Shown here one piece after another: positions 10,573-21,252 of a stretch of DNA of 64,000 nt. The translations under genes and the position numbers were made by a program. Location of the stretch: NCBI GenBank assembly GCA_963693055.1, contig OY843751.1, positions 5,856,001 through 5,920,000 on the forward strand, read 5' to 3'. The notes below the pieces were generated by a model. That model worked only from the letters and a program-made list of their open reading frames with translations, was not told the DNA's origin and made no database searches. Each line of letters begins with the position of its first letter. Positions within the stretch are counted from its first letter, which is position 1. This DNA comes from a bacterium (GTDB taxonomy: Bacteria; Zhuqueibacterota; Zhuqueibacteria; Residuimicrobiales; Krinioviventaceae).

Positions 10573-11931
10573 CTACAACAACTGTTGTCTGTTCTCATAT
10601 ACTTTTAAAATACCGCGGTATATATCATCCATGTCTTCTTGAGTGCCCAGAAAATTTTCATGTTTGATACCAATGGTTTCTTTTACCAGCTTTTCAGCTT
10701 TGGGGAAATGCAGTCCCGCACGGTATTCGTCCAGCCTATTTTCATCAAACAATTTTTTAAACGTCCGTGAAGAAATAGTGGACTCGATAACGCCTTCCTG
10801 ATGCATGGCAAATCCCTCAATCACTCCCAAACCGGTATTTGCGGGAATGCCCTCTGCTTCCAGCGCTTTGATGAATATTTTGCGGGGCAATCCGAATGTT
10901 TTCTCATCCAGTCTGAACCCGTAATAATAAAAGGATTTACGAGTGACCTGGTCATAATCTTTACGGGGAATAATGCCCGGTATCTGTTTGATCTTTTCCG
11001 TCAAATACGCTGCATTCTCACTTCTTCGGTCCACTTCTTTTTCAACCGATTGCATCTGTGTCATCAAAATAGAAGCCTGGTATTCAGCCATTCTGCATTT
11101 GGTACCCAGAATGGGGCTGCCGCCCTTGTCCTTTGGCATGTATTTTCCACGTGCACGACCAAAATTATGAAAAGAATAACAAAGGTCCATAATCCGTTCG
11201 TCATCACCCAGAATGGCACCGCCTTCACCACAGGTGATCTGCTTGCCGTTTTGCAGGCTGAAACATCCCAAATCTCCCAGCGTACCGGCTTTTTTGTTTT
11301 TCCATTCAGACATGTGCGCTTCACAGGCATCTTCAACCACTACCAGATTGTGTTTTTTGGCAATTTTATTGATCTTGTCCATATTGCAGAGACCACCAAG
11401 AATATGGACGGGTAGAATTGCTTTTGTGTTGGGGGTGATTTGTGCTTCAATCTGGTCGGGATCCATCTGCCAGGTTTCGGGATCAATATCTACAAACACC
11501 GGTAACGCATTATTGAGCAATATTGCATCAATAGATGCCACAAAGGTATAGGGCGTGGTTATAACTTCATCCCCGCCTTCAATGCCAAGCGCTCGCAAGG
11601 CAGTAATTAGCGCATGGGTGCCATTGGTGGTCAACAGACAATGTTTTGCACCCATCAAATCTGCAAATTTCTTTTCCGCTTGCGCAACCACGTTCTTTCG
11701 CGACCATACGCCGCTTTTCAGCACCGGAAGGATTGCATCCTGGTCTTGCTGATCCCAAATGGGCCACCGTGGATAAGGCTTGCTGCGGAGCTTTTCTCCA
11801 CCCAGAATAGCAAGTTTATTATTAGCTTGCGCAAAACTGACTGCGGGCAATGCGCTTGCCAATACCGTTGCCATGGTACCCGCACATGCAGTTGAAAGAA
11901 AACGTCTCCTTGATGTTTGATTTACTTTCAT
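10573..11931 (-). CDS. DegT/DnrJ/EryC1/StrS family PLP aminotransferase with Tat signal peptide
   Basis: NGTHAL, PYTFVAS, EDACEAH, FSLQNGKQITCGEGG; N-terminal SRRRFL...AQA. Confidence 0.9.
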   Translation of the reverse strand: MKVNQTSRRRFLSTACAGTMATVLASALPAVSFAQANNKLAILGGEKLRSKPYPRWPIWDQQDQDAILPVLKSGVWSRKNVVAQAEKKFADLMGAKHCLLTTNGTHALITALRALGIEGGDEVITTPYTFVASIDAILLNNALPVFVDIDPETWQMDPDQIEAQITPNTKAILPVHILGGLCNMDKINKIAKKHNLVVVEDACEAHMSEWKNKKAGTLGDLGCFSLQNGKQITCGEGGAILGDDERIMDLCYSFHNFGRARGKYMPKDKGGSPILGTKCRMAEYQASILMTQMQSVEKEVDRRSENAAYLTEKIKQIPGIIPRKDYDQVTRKSFYYYGFRLDEKTFGLPRKIFIKALEAEGIPANTGLGVIEGFAMHQEGVIESTISSRTFKKLFDENRLDEYRAGLHFPKAEKLVKETIGIKHENFLGTQEDMDDIYRGILKVYENRQQLL

Positions 11932-12152
11932 TACTCCCTCCTCCATAAAAATATGAAATGCTGCTTCCCGGAATAGTGCCTAAATATAGCATGCATAATC
12001 AGGATCAGATTATAAATCCGGACAAATCAGGCTATAATTCAATATAGTAATTTTTTTAACAATATAAATAATTAAGGTGAGTGACTGGAATAAAAAAATA
12101 AAAAATGGCTGTCATGCGCCAGGAAACAAGCAATTACCCCTTAAACTGACCC

Positions 12153-12218
12153 AATACAGAACAGGCAGGTATAAAACCCAATACCATGGATCAAATTCCA
12201 TACCCGCCGCCCTGTATT
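12153..12218 (-). ncRNA. Candidate structured RNA (29-bp hairpin with 9 G.U pairs)
   Basis: Manual pairing is complete on the minus strand apart from a single bulge. Confidence 0.5.
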
Positions 12219-12257
12219 ATTTCCAAATCATGCTAACTAAAATTAATATTTCCCGCT

Positions 12258-12704
12258 CTAGTGAGCTTCAAGCTCTTCAATTTTAACCTTTGAATATTCG
12301 CTCAAAGGTTTCTCTTTAACGCCCGCGTAAAACACAATAATCTCTGCCGGTTCATCAGACTCATTTTTACCAAAATGCCACTTGTCTACCACTTCAATAA
12401 TTGGCGATCCCTCTTCAAGATACAATGTCTCGTTTTCATTGGTCATAACCGTAAGTTTGCCTTTGGTCAATATGCCCACATTGATGATGGGATGTTTGTG
12501 CACAGGCAGTTCCGAGTGAGGCGGAATAGTAATCTTTAAAACCGTAATCTCGGGTTTTCCGGTCTCATAGTTGGGCAGTTCCTGGCCATCCCAACTTTTG
12601 GATGATTTTACCAGAACTTTGACATTGGGCGAGGCTGAATCATGCGCTATTACCAAGGTTGAAAACAAAAACAATATAGATAATATGATAGACAAATTTT
12701 TCAT
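12258..12704 (-). CDS. Exported cupin domain protein
   Basis: Signal peptide; LPVHKHP...EVVDKWHFG cupin motifs. Confidence 0.85.
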   Translation of the reverse strand: MKNLSIILSILFLFSTLVIAHDSASPNVKVLVKSSKSWDGQELPNYETGKPEITVLKITIPPHSELPVHKHPIINVGILTKGKLTVMTNENETLYLEEGSPIIEVVDKWHFGKNESDEPAEIIVFYAGVKEKPLSEYSKVKIEELEAH

Positions 12705-12827
12705 CTCAAGTCCTTTTCCGTTTGTGATTTTTTAGATTAAACTTCGGGATTTTTTCAATAAATGACCGGGTTATTTAATATTTATCGGCAGGAAATGCTA
12801 CATCTTGAGGGTAATCTGTTTAAAATC

Positions 12828-12860
12828 AAAAAAAAGGCCGCTGTTGATCAACAGCGGCCC
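12828..12860 (-). terminator. Rho-independent terminator
   Basis: GGCCGCTGTT-GATC-AACAGCGGCC hairpin followed by a T-run on the minus strand. Confidence 0.8.
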
Positions 12861-12865
12861 TAAAA

Positions 12866-13444
12866 TTAAATCACAGGAACTTCGGTTTTTACTTCACCCA
12901 CTATATTAAAAGTCACTTTGACCTTTACATCAAAGTCCAGATTGGGTGGTGGTGTTGGTGTAACAATGCCGTTAATATTGAAAAAAATCTGGTTAGTACC
13001 TGAATCAATATGAATCGCCTGGTTAATTTCTGAAACACCATCGGTTTCAAGACCCGTAACTTGCTCAATATCTTCTACCGCATCCAGATCCAAACCGGAC
13101 AGAGTTGCTAAATCTTTAAGATTATTAAAAGATGTTGCGCTAACCTGAGCAACGCCATCAATAACAGAACCTGCCGCGCTATTGTTATTCAATATTGTAA
13201 AAGAAACACTTTCAATAGAGATTGCAATAATATTTTCAAATGCGTTTTCCTGCTGCAGTTTATTCACCTCGTCGGCAAAATTTATCATATCGGTACTCAC
13301 AAACGAACCGTTTGAGCTGTTTACCGGAACAACTTGTTCAACGTAACCAACAACCGGCAGCTGCACCAAACGTTCTTCGCAAGAAGCGCCAATGGTCATC
13401 ATGGCCAATGCGCCTAATAATAATGTATATACAATTGCTCTCAT
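12866..13444 (-). CDS. Hypothetical lipoprotein
   Basis: Hydrophobic leader ending IGAS-C. Confidence 0.65.
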   Translation of the reverse strand: MRAIVYTLLLGALAMMTIGASCEERLVQLPVVGYVEQVVPVNSSNGSFVSTDMINFADEVNKLQQENAFENIIAISIESVSFTILNNNSAAGSVIDGVAQVSATSFNNLKDLATLSGLDLDAVEDIEQVTGLETDGVSEINQAIHIDSGTNQIFFNINGIVTPTPPPNLDFDVKVKVTFNIVGEVKTEVPVI

Positions 13445-13461
13445 ATTATATCCTCCAAAAA

Positions 13462-14358
13462 TTAAAGCCCAAACGCGGCAGACAAGGCAAACGCAGTGCG
13501 TGCACCAAATGACGCGTCAGCAGATAAATGTACTAAAACAAGATTAAAGCCCAGACCGGCTGTAATCTCCATGCCGGTATCTCCGTCAATATCCAACTCG
13601 ATTGGCATAATGGTATAATTATCTTCATATGTATACTTTACAGTTGCACTGGTTTTATCAAAGCCTATACCGCCATAAATTGTCATAGGACCAAAACCAC
13701 GGCTTGCCTGTACACCATAGTGCAAAGTTGTCATATTAATCAGATCTTCATCAACATCCACATCCTGCCAGAAAGCTCCTACAGAAATATCAATGGGAAA
13801 CATGAACAGATACTGGCTGATGCTATGCCTGATACCAATACCCTTTAATGTAATGCTGCCAATCTCAGAATCACCAAAATCCGCTGTAAAATAGCGGACA
13901 ATAGCTTCAGAACCCAAGATACCCACAGTTACCTGAGGTACAGCAAATGCGGTAGCATTCATATTCAATCCACCCGGAAAGGCATAAATAGACCCGCCGG
14001 TACCAGTTACAAGCGTGGCTTCTTCACTACCTACAACCGTAGACGCTTCAGCACTTTGCTGTGGATTAAAATTTCCTTCTGTCTTGGCCATAAAGGTTTT
14101 ATCATCATCCGGAATAGGCGCCATCATGGCAACAACACCCACACGCAAACGCAAACCGACTACAGGAATTTTAGCGGACTGGTACCAGCCTCGGTTCATA
14201 TTTACACCCAATCCACTTACGATTGGCTTCATATATCCTTCTGCATTATCCCCTGTATAACGTTTCAGGTTATCTTCAATCTGAGAAAAACCCGTAACAC
14301 TGGATAAAAGGATGAATAGTAAAAGATATAACGGCCACAACTTTTTGTTTAACTGCAT
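13462..14358 (-). CDS. Putative outer-membrane beta-barrel protein (DUF6588-like)
   Basis: Signal peptide, GY..P...G.G..MN.GWY.SA, GIGIRHSISQY, C-terminal strand. Confidence 0.6.
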   Translation of the reverse strand: MQLNKKLWPLYLLLFILLSSVTGFSQIEDNLKRYTGDNAEGYMKPIVSGLGVNMNRGWYQSAKIPVVGLRLRVGVVAMMAPIPDDDKTFMAKTEGNFNPQQSAEASTVVGSEEATLVTGTGGSIYAFPGGLNMNATAFAVPQVTVGILGSEAIVRYFTADFGDSEIGSITLKGIGIRHSISQYLFMFPIDISVGAFWQDVDVDEDLINMTTLHYGVQASRGFGPMTIYGGIGFDKTSATVKYTYEDNYTIMPIELDIDGDTGMEITAGLGFNLVLVHLSADASFGARTAFALSAAFGL

Positions 14359-14521
14359 TTAATTACCTCCAATGAAGGATCATGCGATTTAATGAATTAT
14401 TCAATTATTTATTGCACTATTTCAAGTATTAACTTATATTTAAGAAATACTATTCCGCTTTTTTAATGTTAAGGTATTAATATAAGAACGTTTGTGATTC
14501 AAACAACAAAATTTTTAAAAA

Positions 14522-15691
14522 ATGACAAAAAACAGGCTGGAATTGAGAAAATTTGTTGTTCCCGAGTTTATTTTTGGGGATGGCGCTGTAGATCATACAG
14601 CAAATTTTGTTAACAATTTTTCCGGGGAAAATGTTCTGCTGGTAACCGACAACGGTCTGATAAATGCAGGTTGGGCAGGCCAGGTTGAAGATATTCTTAA
14701 AGATGCCGGCATTCATTATCATATATTCAAAGACATCACCCCAAATCCTAAAGACTATGAGGTGATGGAAGGCACCCGAATTTGCATTGAACAAAAATGC
14801 GATATCATTGTTGCTATTGGCGGCGGCAGTGTAATGGATTGCGCCAAAGGTATTGGCATTGCAAGCTGTAACCAAAAACATGTTTTAGAGTTTGAAGGCG
14901 TTGATGAAGTACCCAAACCAGGCCCCCCTCTTATATGTATCCCAACAACTGCGGGTACCGCCGCAGATATTTCTCAATTTGCCATTATAAACAATACCAC
15001 AGACAAGGTGAAAATTGCAATAATCAGTAAAACCGTAGTTCCTGATGTTGCCTTGATTGACCCGCTTTTAACCAGCACCATGGACCCTGAATTGACTGCT
15101 GAAACCGGCATGGATGCCCTGGTACACGCCTTTGAAGCCTTTGTCTCTACAGGCAGCTCTCCTATTACAGATTTGCATGCGTTACATGCAATCAAACTTA
15201 TTTGGGAATACCTGCCAGTTGCCTATAATGAATCGGATAACATCCACGCGCGTGAAATGATGATGTTGGGCAGCCACTATGCGGGTATGGCATTTTCCAA
15301 TGCCAGTCTGGGACTTGTTCACAGTATGGCCCACAGCATGGGGGGATTGTTGGATTTTGCACATGGCTTATGCAACGCACTTTTGCTCGAAGTTGTAGTA
15401 GATTTTAATTATAAATCATCTATAGATAAATATAATAAAATCAGCAAAACATTGGGATTAAAAATATCAGGAAAAACAGCAGAACATCAAAAGGACCAAC
15501 TTGTAAAAGCCATTCAATCACTCAGACATTCTCTAGACATCACAAGCGATAATCTGAACAGCTCCGTAACGCCAGATCAAATTTTACAAATGAGTAAAAA
15601 TGCCTGTAATGATCCATGTTCTGTTACAAATCCCTACAGCCCCACTGTTGATCTAGTACGGAGCCTGTATGAAAAAATCTTTACCCCCTGA
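14522..15691 (+). CDS. Iron-containing alcohol dehydrogenase, ErcA-like
   Basis: [13 protein letters not shown]-terminus, [31 protein letters not shown]. Confidence 0.85.
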   Translation: MTKNRLELRKFVVPEFIFGDGAVDHTANFVNNFSGENVLLVTDNGLINAGWAGQVEDILKDAGIHYHIFKDITPNPKDYEVMEGTRICIEQKCDIIVAIGGGSVMDCAKGIGIASCNQKHVLEFEGVDEVPKPGPPLICIPTTAGTAADISQFAIINNTTDKVKIAIISKTVVPDVALIDPLLTSTMDPELTAETGMDALVHAFEAFVSTGSSPITDLHALHAIKLIWEYLPVAYNESDNIHAREMMMLGSHYAGMAFSNASLGLVHSMAHSMGGLLDFAHGLCNALLLEVVVDFNYKSSIDKYNKISKTLGLKISGKTAEHQKDQLVKAIQSLRHSLDITSDNLNSSVTPDQILQMSKNACNDPCSVTNPYSPTVDLVRSLYEKIFTP

Positions 15692-16796
15692 TCATAAGGA
15701 AATGCTTGATCGTATTATTGGTGTAAGCAAATCATCCCACCAAAAAAGCTACTACCCTCAGTTGCAGGAACAAATTGCAAAGCTGGAAAAAAGTGAGCAA
15801 AATTATCGTTTCTTGTTCGAAAACATGTTTGATGGTTTACTTGTTTGCCAGGCCGAATATTTAAACGGTAATGAAATACCAAATTTTAAAATAATAGAAA
15901 TGAATTCCGCCTTTCTCAAAGCTACAAATTGGGAAAAAGCATCTCTTTTAAATACTCATTTTTCAACATGGTTTTCTCAAAATCAAAGGCTGTGCAATAG
16001 TTGTCAAAACGTTTTTAGTAAAAATATTGCTACCAATATAGAAGAATATTTCAAAGATATGGACAAATGGTTTTCGATCAACATCTTTTGCCCTCAACCC
16101 GACCGTATTGCTGTCCAATTTCATGATATTACCGTTGAAAAAAGTGCAGAACAAAGCTTACGTGAATCATTGCGAGAAAAAGAAACGCTGGTCAGAGAAG
16201 TACATCATCGGGTAAAAAACAACCTTCAAATCATATCAAGCCTGCTATATTTACAGTCAAAAGGATTCAATGATCCCATTATTGTTAACTTTATCAAAAA
16301 CAGCCAAAACCGCATCCGCTCCATGGCACTCGTTCATGAAATGATTTATAAATCTGAGAATTTTACAAAAATTAATTTTACCGATTATATCCGGAAACTG
16401 TGCTATTCTCTACAAAACGATATGCTGCCTGACACACAAAATATTTCATTTCACTTTTCTATGGATTCGGTCATACTAGACCTCGATCAGGCAATACCTG
16501 CATGCTTAACATTAAATGAAATCATTTCTAATTCATTAAAATATGCATTCAAAGATGTATCCCACACAAACAATACCATTTCGCTGAAAATGTCCCAGAA
16601 AAACAGCAGAGCTTTTCTTACAATCAAAGACAATGGAATTGGTATAGATGAAGAAGGGAAAAGCAGCAAAAATCTGGGTATGAAATTAATAAACACGCTT
16701 GTTCTATCACAATTGGAAGGTAAGCTGGATATAAAAGCATCAAAAGGCACAATATTCAATATTGAATTTGATTTGAAAAACAGGTCGTTTATCTAA
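15669..16796 (+). CDS. PAS sensor histidine kinase (HisKA_2 type)
   Basis: [12 protein letters not shown]-box, [17 protein letters not shown]; overlaps the ADH gene. Confidence 0.9.
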   Translation: MKKSLPPDHKEMLDRIIGVSKSSHQKSYYPQLQEQIAKLEKSEQNYRFLFENMFDGLLVCQAEYLNGNEIPNFKIIEMNSAFLKATNWEKASLLNTHFSTWFSQNQRLCNSCQNVFSKNIATNIEEYFKDMDKWFSINIFCPQPDRIAVQFHDITVEKSAEQSLRESLREKETLVREVHHRVKNNLQIISSLLYLQSKGFNDPIIVNFIKNSQNRIRSMALVHEMIYKSENFTKINFTDYIRKLCYSLQNDMLPDTQNISFHFSMDSVILDLDQAIPACLTLNEIISNSLKYAFKDVSHTNNTISLKMSQKNSRAFLTIKDNGIGIDEEGKSSKNLGMKLINTLVLSQLEGKLDIKASKGTIFNIEFDLKNRSFI

Positions 16797-17586
16797 GCTC
16801 AGGATTTCCATAACAGTACAAACACCCATGCGGACATTTGTGATACCAGCCAATATCCTTACTCTTTGTGCACCCGCACAAAGGACGCTGCCCCGATGCT
16901 TTACTTACAGAGGCCTTTAATCCTTTGGGGTGTAATTCATTCAACAAATAGCCATCAATACACCGTGAACGCGGCCAACCGGGCACACAGCAGCCATCCA
17001 GCTGTATCCCATACTTTTCCGCAATGCTCTCAAGCCATTCATTTTCCCGGATTTTTTGGGCATCATCAATATCAATAATGGAAAGCCCTCGTTTTAACAA
17101 CCGCTTTTCAACTTTGGTGTAAATTTCTACCCAACTGGTGATGATATGATAAATCCCCTGCGCAGCAGCCTGCGGAGCGAGAATTTCAAAAAAATCAAGA
17201 TTGCAGATCTCTCTTCCATCAGGCATTAAAAAATGTACAATGGGATCAAACCGGATTCTAATACGCTTGGGACTTTTAACCAGGGTTACCAGTTGAGGCA
17301 TCATATCCATTGCAGTATCTGCACCAGGCACCCCAGGTTCCAGCTCAGTACCGCCCAAGCCGGTTATAGAAAACAATACAAACACCTGGTCCAGTGATTT
17401 TACCAGAGAATTTAATTCATGGTGATTAAACAGATTTGAAGGATCTTTAGTCCAAAATACCACAGAATGAACGGGTTGTTCATGCATTACCTGCTTTAAA
17501 CGTTCCACTAACAAATCCGGATTTCCGGCAATCATATCAGTACGTCTGCTTGCAGAAACAACTATCCCATCTAGCGAGTTGGCCAC
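16789..17586 (-). CDS. DUF1848 family protein (radical-SAM-like)
   Basis: SASRRTD, FWTK, RFDPI, C-terminal CGC...[13 protein letters not shown]. Confidence 0.85.
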   Translation of the reverse strand: MANSLDGIVVSASRRTDMIAGNPDLLVERLKQVMHEQPVHSVVFWTKDPSNLFNHHELNSLVKSLDQVFVLFSITGLGGTELEPGVPGADTAMDMMPQLVTLVKSPKRIRIRFDPIVHFLMPDGREICNLDFFEILAPQAAAQGIYHIITSWVEIYTKVEKRLLKRGLSIIDIDDAQKIRENEWLESIAEKYGIQLDGCCVPGWPRSRCIDGYLLNELHPKGLKASVSKASGQRPLCGCTKSKDIGWYHKCPHGCLYCYGNPELR

Positions 17587-17588
17587 AT

Positions 17589-18548
17589 TTACACCCAGCG
17601 GTTAAAATATATCGCATTTTTATTTAAACGTTCGGGAAAATCTTTGAGGGTCATACGCTGGTCCGTATGAATGATTTTGAATTTCATTTCCAGGAAAAGA
17701 TGATATAAAGCAGTATTGTCGAGAGATAATCGTAACAACAACTGGTCCAACTCTCTGTTACGTGCAATACTTTCCAGTGCTGCAAAAAAATGTTCAAAAT
17801 AGCTTAATGGAGTTTGTGGATTAGCGGCAAATGCTACAATTCGCAACACATAATGCTCCTCTTCTATAGATGTAGAGCGGGTTTGAAAAGAGCAATAAGC
17901 AACCGGTACAGATCCATTCATAAACAACACAGAATCCCCAAATCCAAAATTGGTTAAACTGTTAATTAATGGAACATAGTCAATGTTTGCGGCATTGGGG
18001 GCAACCAGTTTTTTAACAATATCACAAAAAACGCCCTGGTCCGAATCTGAACATTCTGAATAAAAAATAATTTTCAACGGTTGTGTATGATTATCCGCAT
18101 TTATGGGAACTGCCCGAATCATATCGGCAGTTAAAGGGCCGGTCACAAATCCCAGTCTTCCATAAAATCCAATATTTCTGGCACTACGGGGATTGGTTTC
18201 CAACCCTATCGTTGTACATCCGTTATATTTAAGAAACTGTATAGATTCAGTCGTTATTTTTTTGCCAATTCCAGACAAGTGAAAATCCGGATCAACCGCC
18301 AGTGGACCTATCCAACCGGTTTTTCCCCAAATATGATTAAAAGAAACACCTAGAATTCTGTCGCGCTCTGAAATAACCAGACAACCTTCCGGGCATTCTT
18401 CCTGGTACATTTCTAAAAACAGTGGACGGCAAAGCGGAATATGGGTCTGATGATAACCATCATCAATCCTGCCCTGAGTAAAAGCTCTCGACAACAGATG
18501 ATTCACATCCGCTATTTCTGCTTTTTCCATTTGACGAACAAATGACAA
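17589..18548 (-). CDS. GNAT family N-acetyltransferase
   Basis: GWIGPLAVDPDFHLSGIGK and NIGFYGRLGF motifs. Confidence 0.8.
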   Translation of the reverse strand: MSFVRQMEKAEIADVNHLLSRAFTQGRIDDGYHQTHIPLCRPLFLEMYQEECPEGCLVISERDRILGVSFNHIWGKTGWIGPLAVDPDFHLSGIGKKITTESIQFLKYNGCTTIGLETNPRSARNIGFYGRLGFVTGPLTADMIRAVPINADNHTQPLKIIFYSECSDSDQGVFCDIVKKLVAPNAANIDYVPLINSLTNFGFGDSVLFMNGSVPVAYCSFQTRSTSIEEEHYVLRIVAFAANPQTPLSYFEHFFAALESIARNRELDQLLLRLSLDNTALYHLFLEMKFKIIHTDQRMTLKDFPERLNKNAIYFNRWV

Positions 18549-18610
18549 TAGATGACCTCAATTTAAACCGAACCAACTTTAACTAACAAAGCCGCGACAA
18601 GGTCACGGCT

Positions 18611-19186
18611 TTAAGAACGTAGTTGATCGCGCAATTTCTTTTTTAGCATTTCCCTTGCCCTGAAAATACGCACTTTGACCGTTCCCAGGGGAATGTCCAA
18701 CTCTTCGGCAATCTCTTCATAAGATTTATCCTGAGTGTGACGTAATAAAATTGCGTCTCTGTATTTTTTGGGCAACGAATCAATTGCATCCTTGATCTGA
18801 AAACGCTTTTCCTGAGAAATCATACCATCTTCAGGGTCAACGTTATTGGTATCAGGATAATCTCTTTGAATATCACCCTCTTTAACACTTATGGGAGTAT
18901 CCAAAGAAAAAGTTTTCAACTTTTTCTTTCGAAAATGATCAATACAATTGTTGGCAGCAATTTTGAAAAGCCAGGTTGAAAAGGCATATTCAGAATTAAA
19001 TGAAGACAATGCACGAAAGGCTTTTATAAAGGTCTCCTGCGTAATATCTTCAGCCAGGGGGCGGTCTTTGACCATTCGGAATACAAAATTATAAATCTTT
19101 TCCTGATACTGATTTACAATTTCAGCATATGCCTTTTGATCACCTTCAAGCGCCTGATTTATTAATGAAAAAGTCTGGTTAGTCAT
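18611..19186 (-). CDS. ECF sigma-70 factor (SigW/RpoE-like)
   Basis: AEDITQETFIKAF, FSTWLFKIA, SYEEIAEEL.IPLGTVK.RIFRAR. Confidence 0.92.
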   Translation of the reverse strand: MTNQTFSLINQALEGDQKAYAEIVNQYQEKIYNFVFRMVKDRPLAEDITQETFIKAFRALSSFNSEYAFSTWLFKIAANNCIDHFRKKKLKTFSLDTPISVKEGDIQRDYPDTNNVDPEDGMISQEKRFQIKDAIDSLPKKYRDAILLRHTQDKSYEEIAEELDIPLGTVKVRIFRAREMLKKKLRDQLRS

Positions 19187-19333
19187 GCCTGATTGGATAA
19201 GGTTAAATAATATTTAACAAAATTACATTAAAAATGATTAACAATCAAGGAAAAGTTGTTGCAAAAATATATACCAAATGTTACTTTAAGGCGTTGAAAC
19301 ATATATAATTAATGCATATCAGGGAATGATTTT

Positions 19334-19717
19334 ATGGTGCAATCTGTTGGCATAGATATTGTTGATATTGAACGATTTGAAAAAACCATCAACAAATGGG
19401 GAGATAAATTTTTAAACAGAATATTATCCCCAAAAGAGTTGGACTATTGTAAAGCCAAACATAATGCTATCCATTCCATGGCTGCCCGGTTTGCCGCCAA
19501 AGAGGCCCTGATTAAATGTCTGAATGACAATGACCAAATTGGTTTCAGCTGGCAAGATATGGAGATCATAAATGCTAACAACGGCCGTCCGGTGGTACAC
19601 TTGAGGGGCAAAATGCTGTCAAAATTACAAAATGTTGCTATACATGTCAGTCTTTCGCACAGCCCATCATCAGCTGTTGCCGTTATTGTTCTTGAAAAAA
19701 AGGAGAATAACCCATGA
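19334..19717 (+). CDS. acpS: Holo-ACP synthase
   Basis: GIDIV, ARFAAKEA, VSLSH motifs. Confidence 0.93.
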   Translation: MVQSVGIDIVDIERFEKTINKWGDKFLNRILSPKELDYCKAKHNAIHSMAARFAAKEALIKCLNDNDQIGFSWQDMEIINANNGRPVVHLRGKMLSKLQNVAIHVSLSHSPSSAVAVIVLEKKENNP

Positions 19718-21252
19718 AACCCATTGTAACCGCTAAACAAATGTCTGATATAGATGCCTATTGTATTGAACAATTGAAAATACCCGGTGTTGTATTGATG
19801 GAAAATGCCGGCATTGGAGTAGTAAATCAGGCCCTGGTACTATTAGAAAACAATCCGGTGGGCAAACAGGTTTTGATTCTTTGCGGCCCCGGAAATAATG
19901 GTGGTGACGGTTTTGTGGCCGCCAGGCACTTGATAAATCAAGGTGCTCAGGTCTATACCCTGGTACTATCCCCGCGCGAAAAGATCAAAGGCGATGCATT
20001 AATCAACCTTGAAATCCTTGAAAAGATGGACCACCTCGTTAGGTTTCTAGATACATATGTACAACCAATCGTCAAACCCGATCTCATTATTGACGCAATG
20101 CTAGGTACTGGTGTTAAAGGAACTCTAAGAGGAATATTTATAGAATATGTGGAATGGGCAAACCATCAGCCCTGTAAAACACTGGCTGTAGATATTCCAA
20201 CGGGTGTAAATGGAGATGACGGCTCTATAAACGGCCCTGTAATAAGAGCTGATATAACTACAACCATGGCACTGCCAAAACCCGGCCTATTATTTTCCCC
20301 CGGCAGAGAGTTTGCCGGTAAAATTGAAACAATAGATATTAGCATGCCGCAAAAGGCGTTTGATAATAACATCTCTAAAGTTTGGATGCCTGAACAAAAA
20401 GAGATTAAAGCCTTGTTGCCTTCCCGCCCGCTGGACGCGTACAAGAATAAATTCGGCACTGTTGCCGTTGTAGCCGGTTCACGCGGATTTACGGGTGCGG
20501 CTTGCTTGTCCAGTATGGCTGTGCTAAAATCCGGATCAGGTCTGTCATATTTGTGTGCGCCTGCCAGCCTTAATGTTATATATGAATCTCAAATGGCTGA
20601 AGTCATTACCTGGCCCTTTGATAACGACAATGGCTACCTCTCAATTAAAGATATTGAAAAAATTAAAGAAAAAATTAATGAACAATCGGCTGTTGCTTTG
20701 GGTCCGGGTCTGGGTCAGGCACAGGAAACCCGTGAGCTGGTACTACAATTATTAAAAGATATTGATAAATCAATGGTGCTGGATGCGGACGGATTAAATA
20801 TTTGCGCTAATCATCCGGAAAGCATTATCAATTATCGTGGAGAGATGGTGCTTACTCCTCACCCGGGCGAATTTTCCCGATTAACCGGTTTATCGATCAA
20901 AGAAATACAATCAGATCGGATAGAATGGGTACGCAAATACAGTAAAAAATGGAACCAGATTCTGGTACTCAAAGGCGGCCCCACGCTTGTAGGTACACCG
21001 GAAGGTGATGTGTATATCAACCCCACCGGTAATGCCGGAATGGCTACTGCAGGATCCGGAGATGTATTGACCGGTATTATATCCGGATTTATCTCACAGG
21101 GTCTTGGCACATACAAAGCCGCTCTGGCAGGTGTTTATATACACGGACTTGCCGGCGACCTGGCAAAAGATGACAAGGGTGAAGCGGGAATGACCGCAAT
21201 GGATATTTTAAACAATCTACCAAAAGCAATGGAAAAAGTAAAAAATGGATAA
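19714..21252 (+). CDS. nnr: Bifunctional NAD(P)H-hydrate epimerase/dehydratase
   Basis: LMENAG, GPGNNGGDG, DIPTG, LTPHPGEF, ATAGSGDVLTG. Confidence 0.93.
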   Translation: MKPIVTAKQMSDIDAYCIEQLKIPGVVLMENAGIGVVNQALVLLENNPVGKQVLILCGPGNNGGDGFVAARHLINQGAQVYTLVLSPREKIKGDALINLEILEKMDHLVRFLDTYVQPIVKPDLIIDAMLGTGVKGTLRGIFIEYVEWANHQPCKTLAVDIPTGVNGDDGSINGPVIRADITTTMALPKPGLLFSPGREFAGKIETIDISMPQKAFDNNISKVWMPEQKEIKALLPSRPLDAYKNKFGTVAVVAGSRGFTGAACLSSMAVLKSGSGLSYLCAPASLNVIYESQMAEVITWPFDNDNGYLSIKDIEKIKEKINEQSAVALGPGLGQAQETRELVLQLLKDIDKSMVLDADGLNICANHPESIINYRGEMVLTPHPGEFSRLTGLSIKEIQSDRIEWVRKYSKKWNQILVLKGGPTLVGTPEGDVYINPTGNAGMATAGSGDVLTGIISGFISQGLGTYKAALAGVYIHGLAGDLAKDDKGEAGMTAMDILNNLPKAMEKVKNG

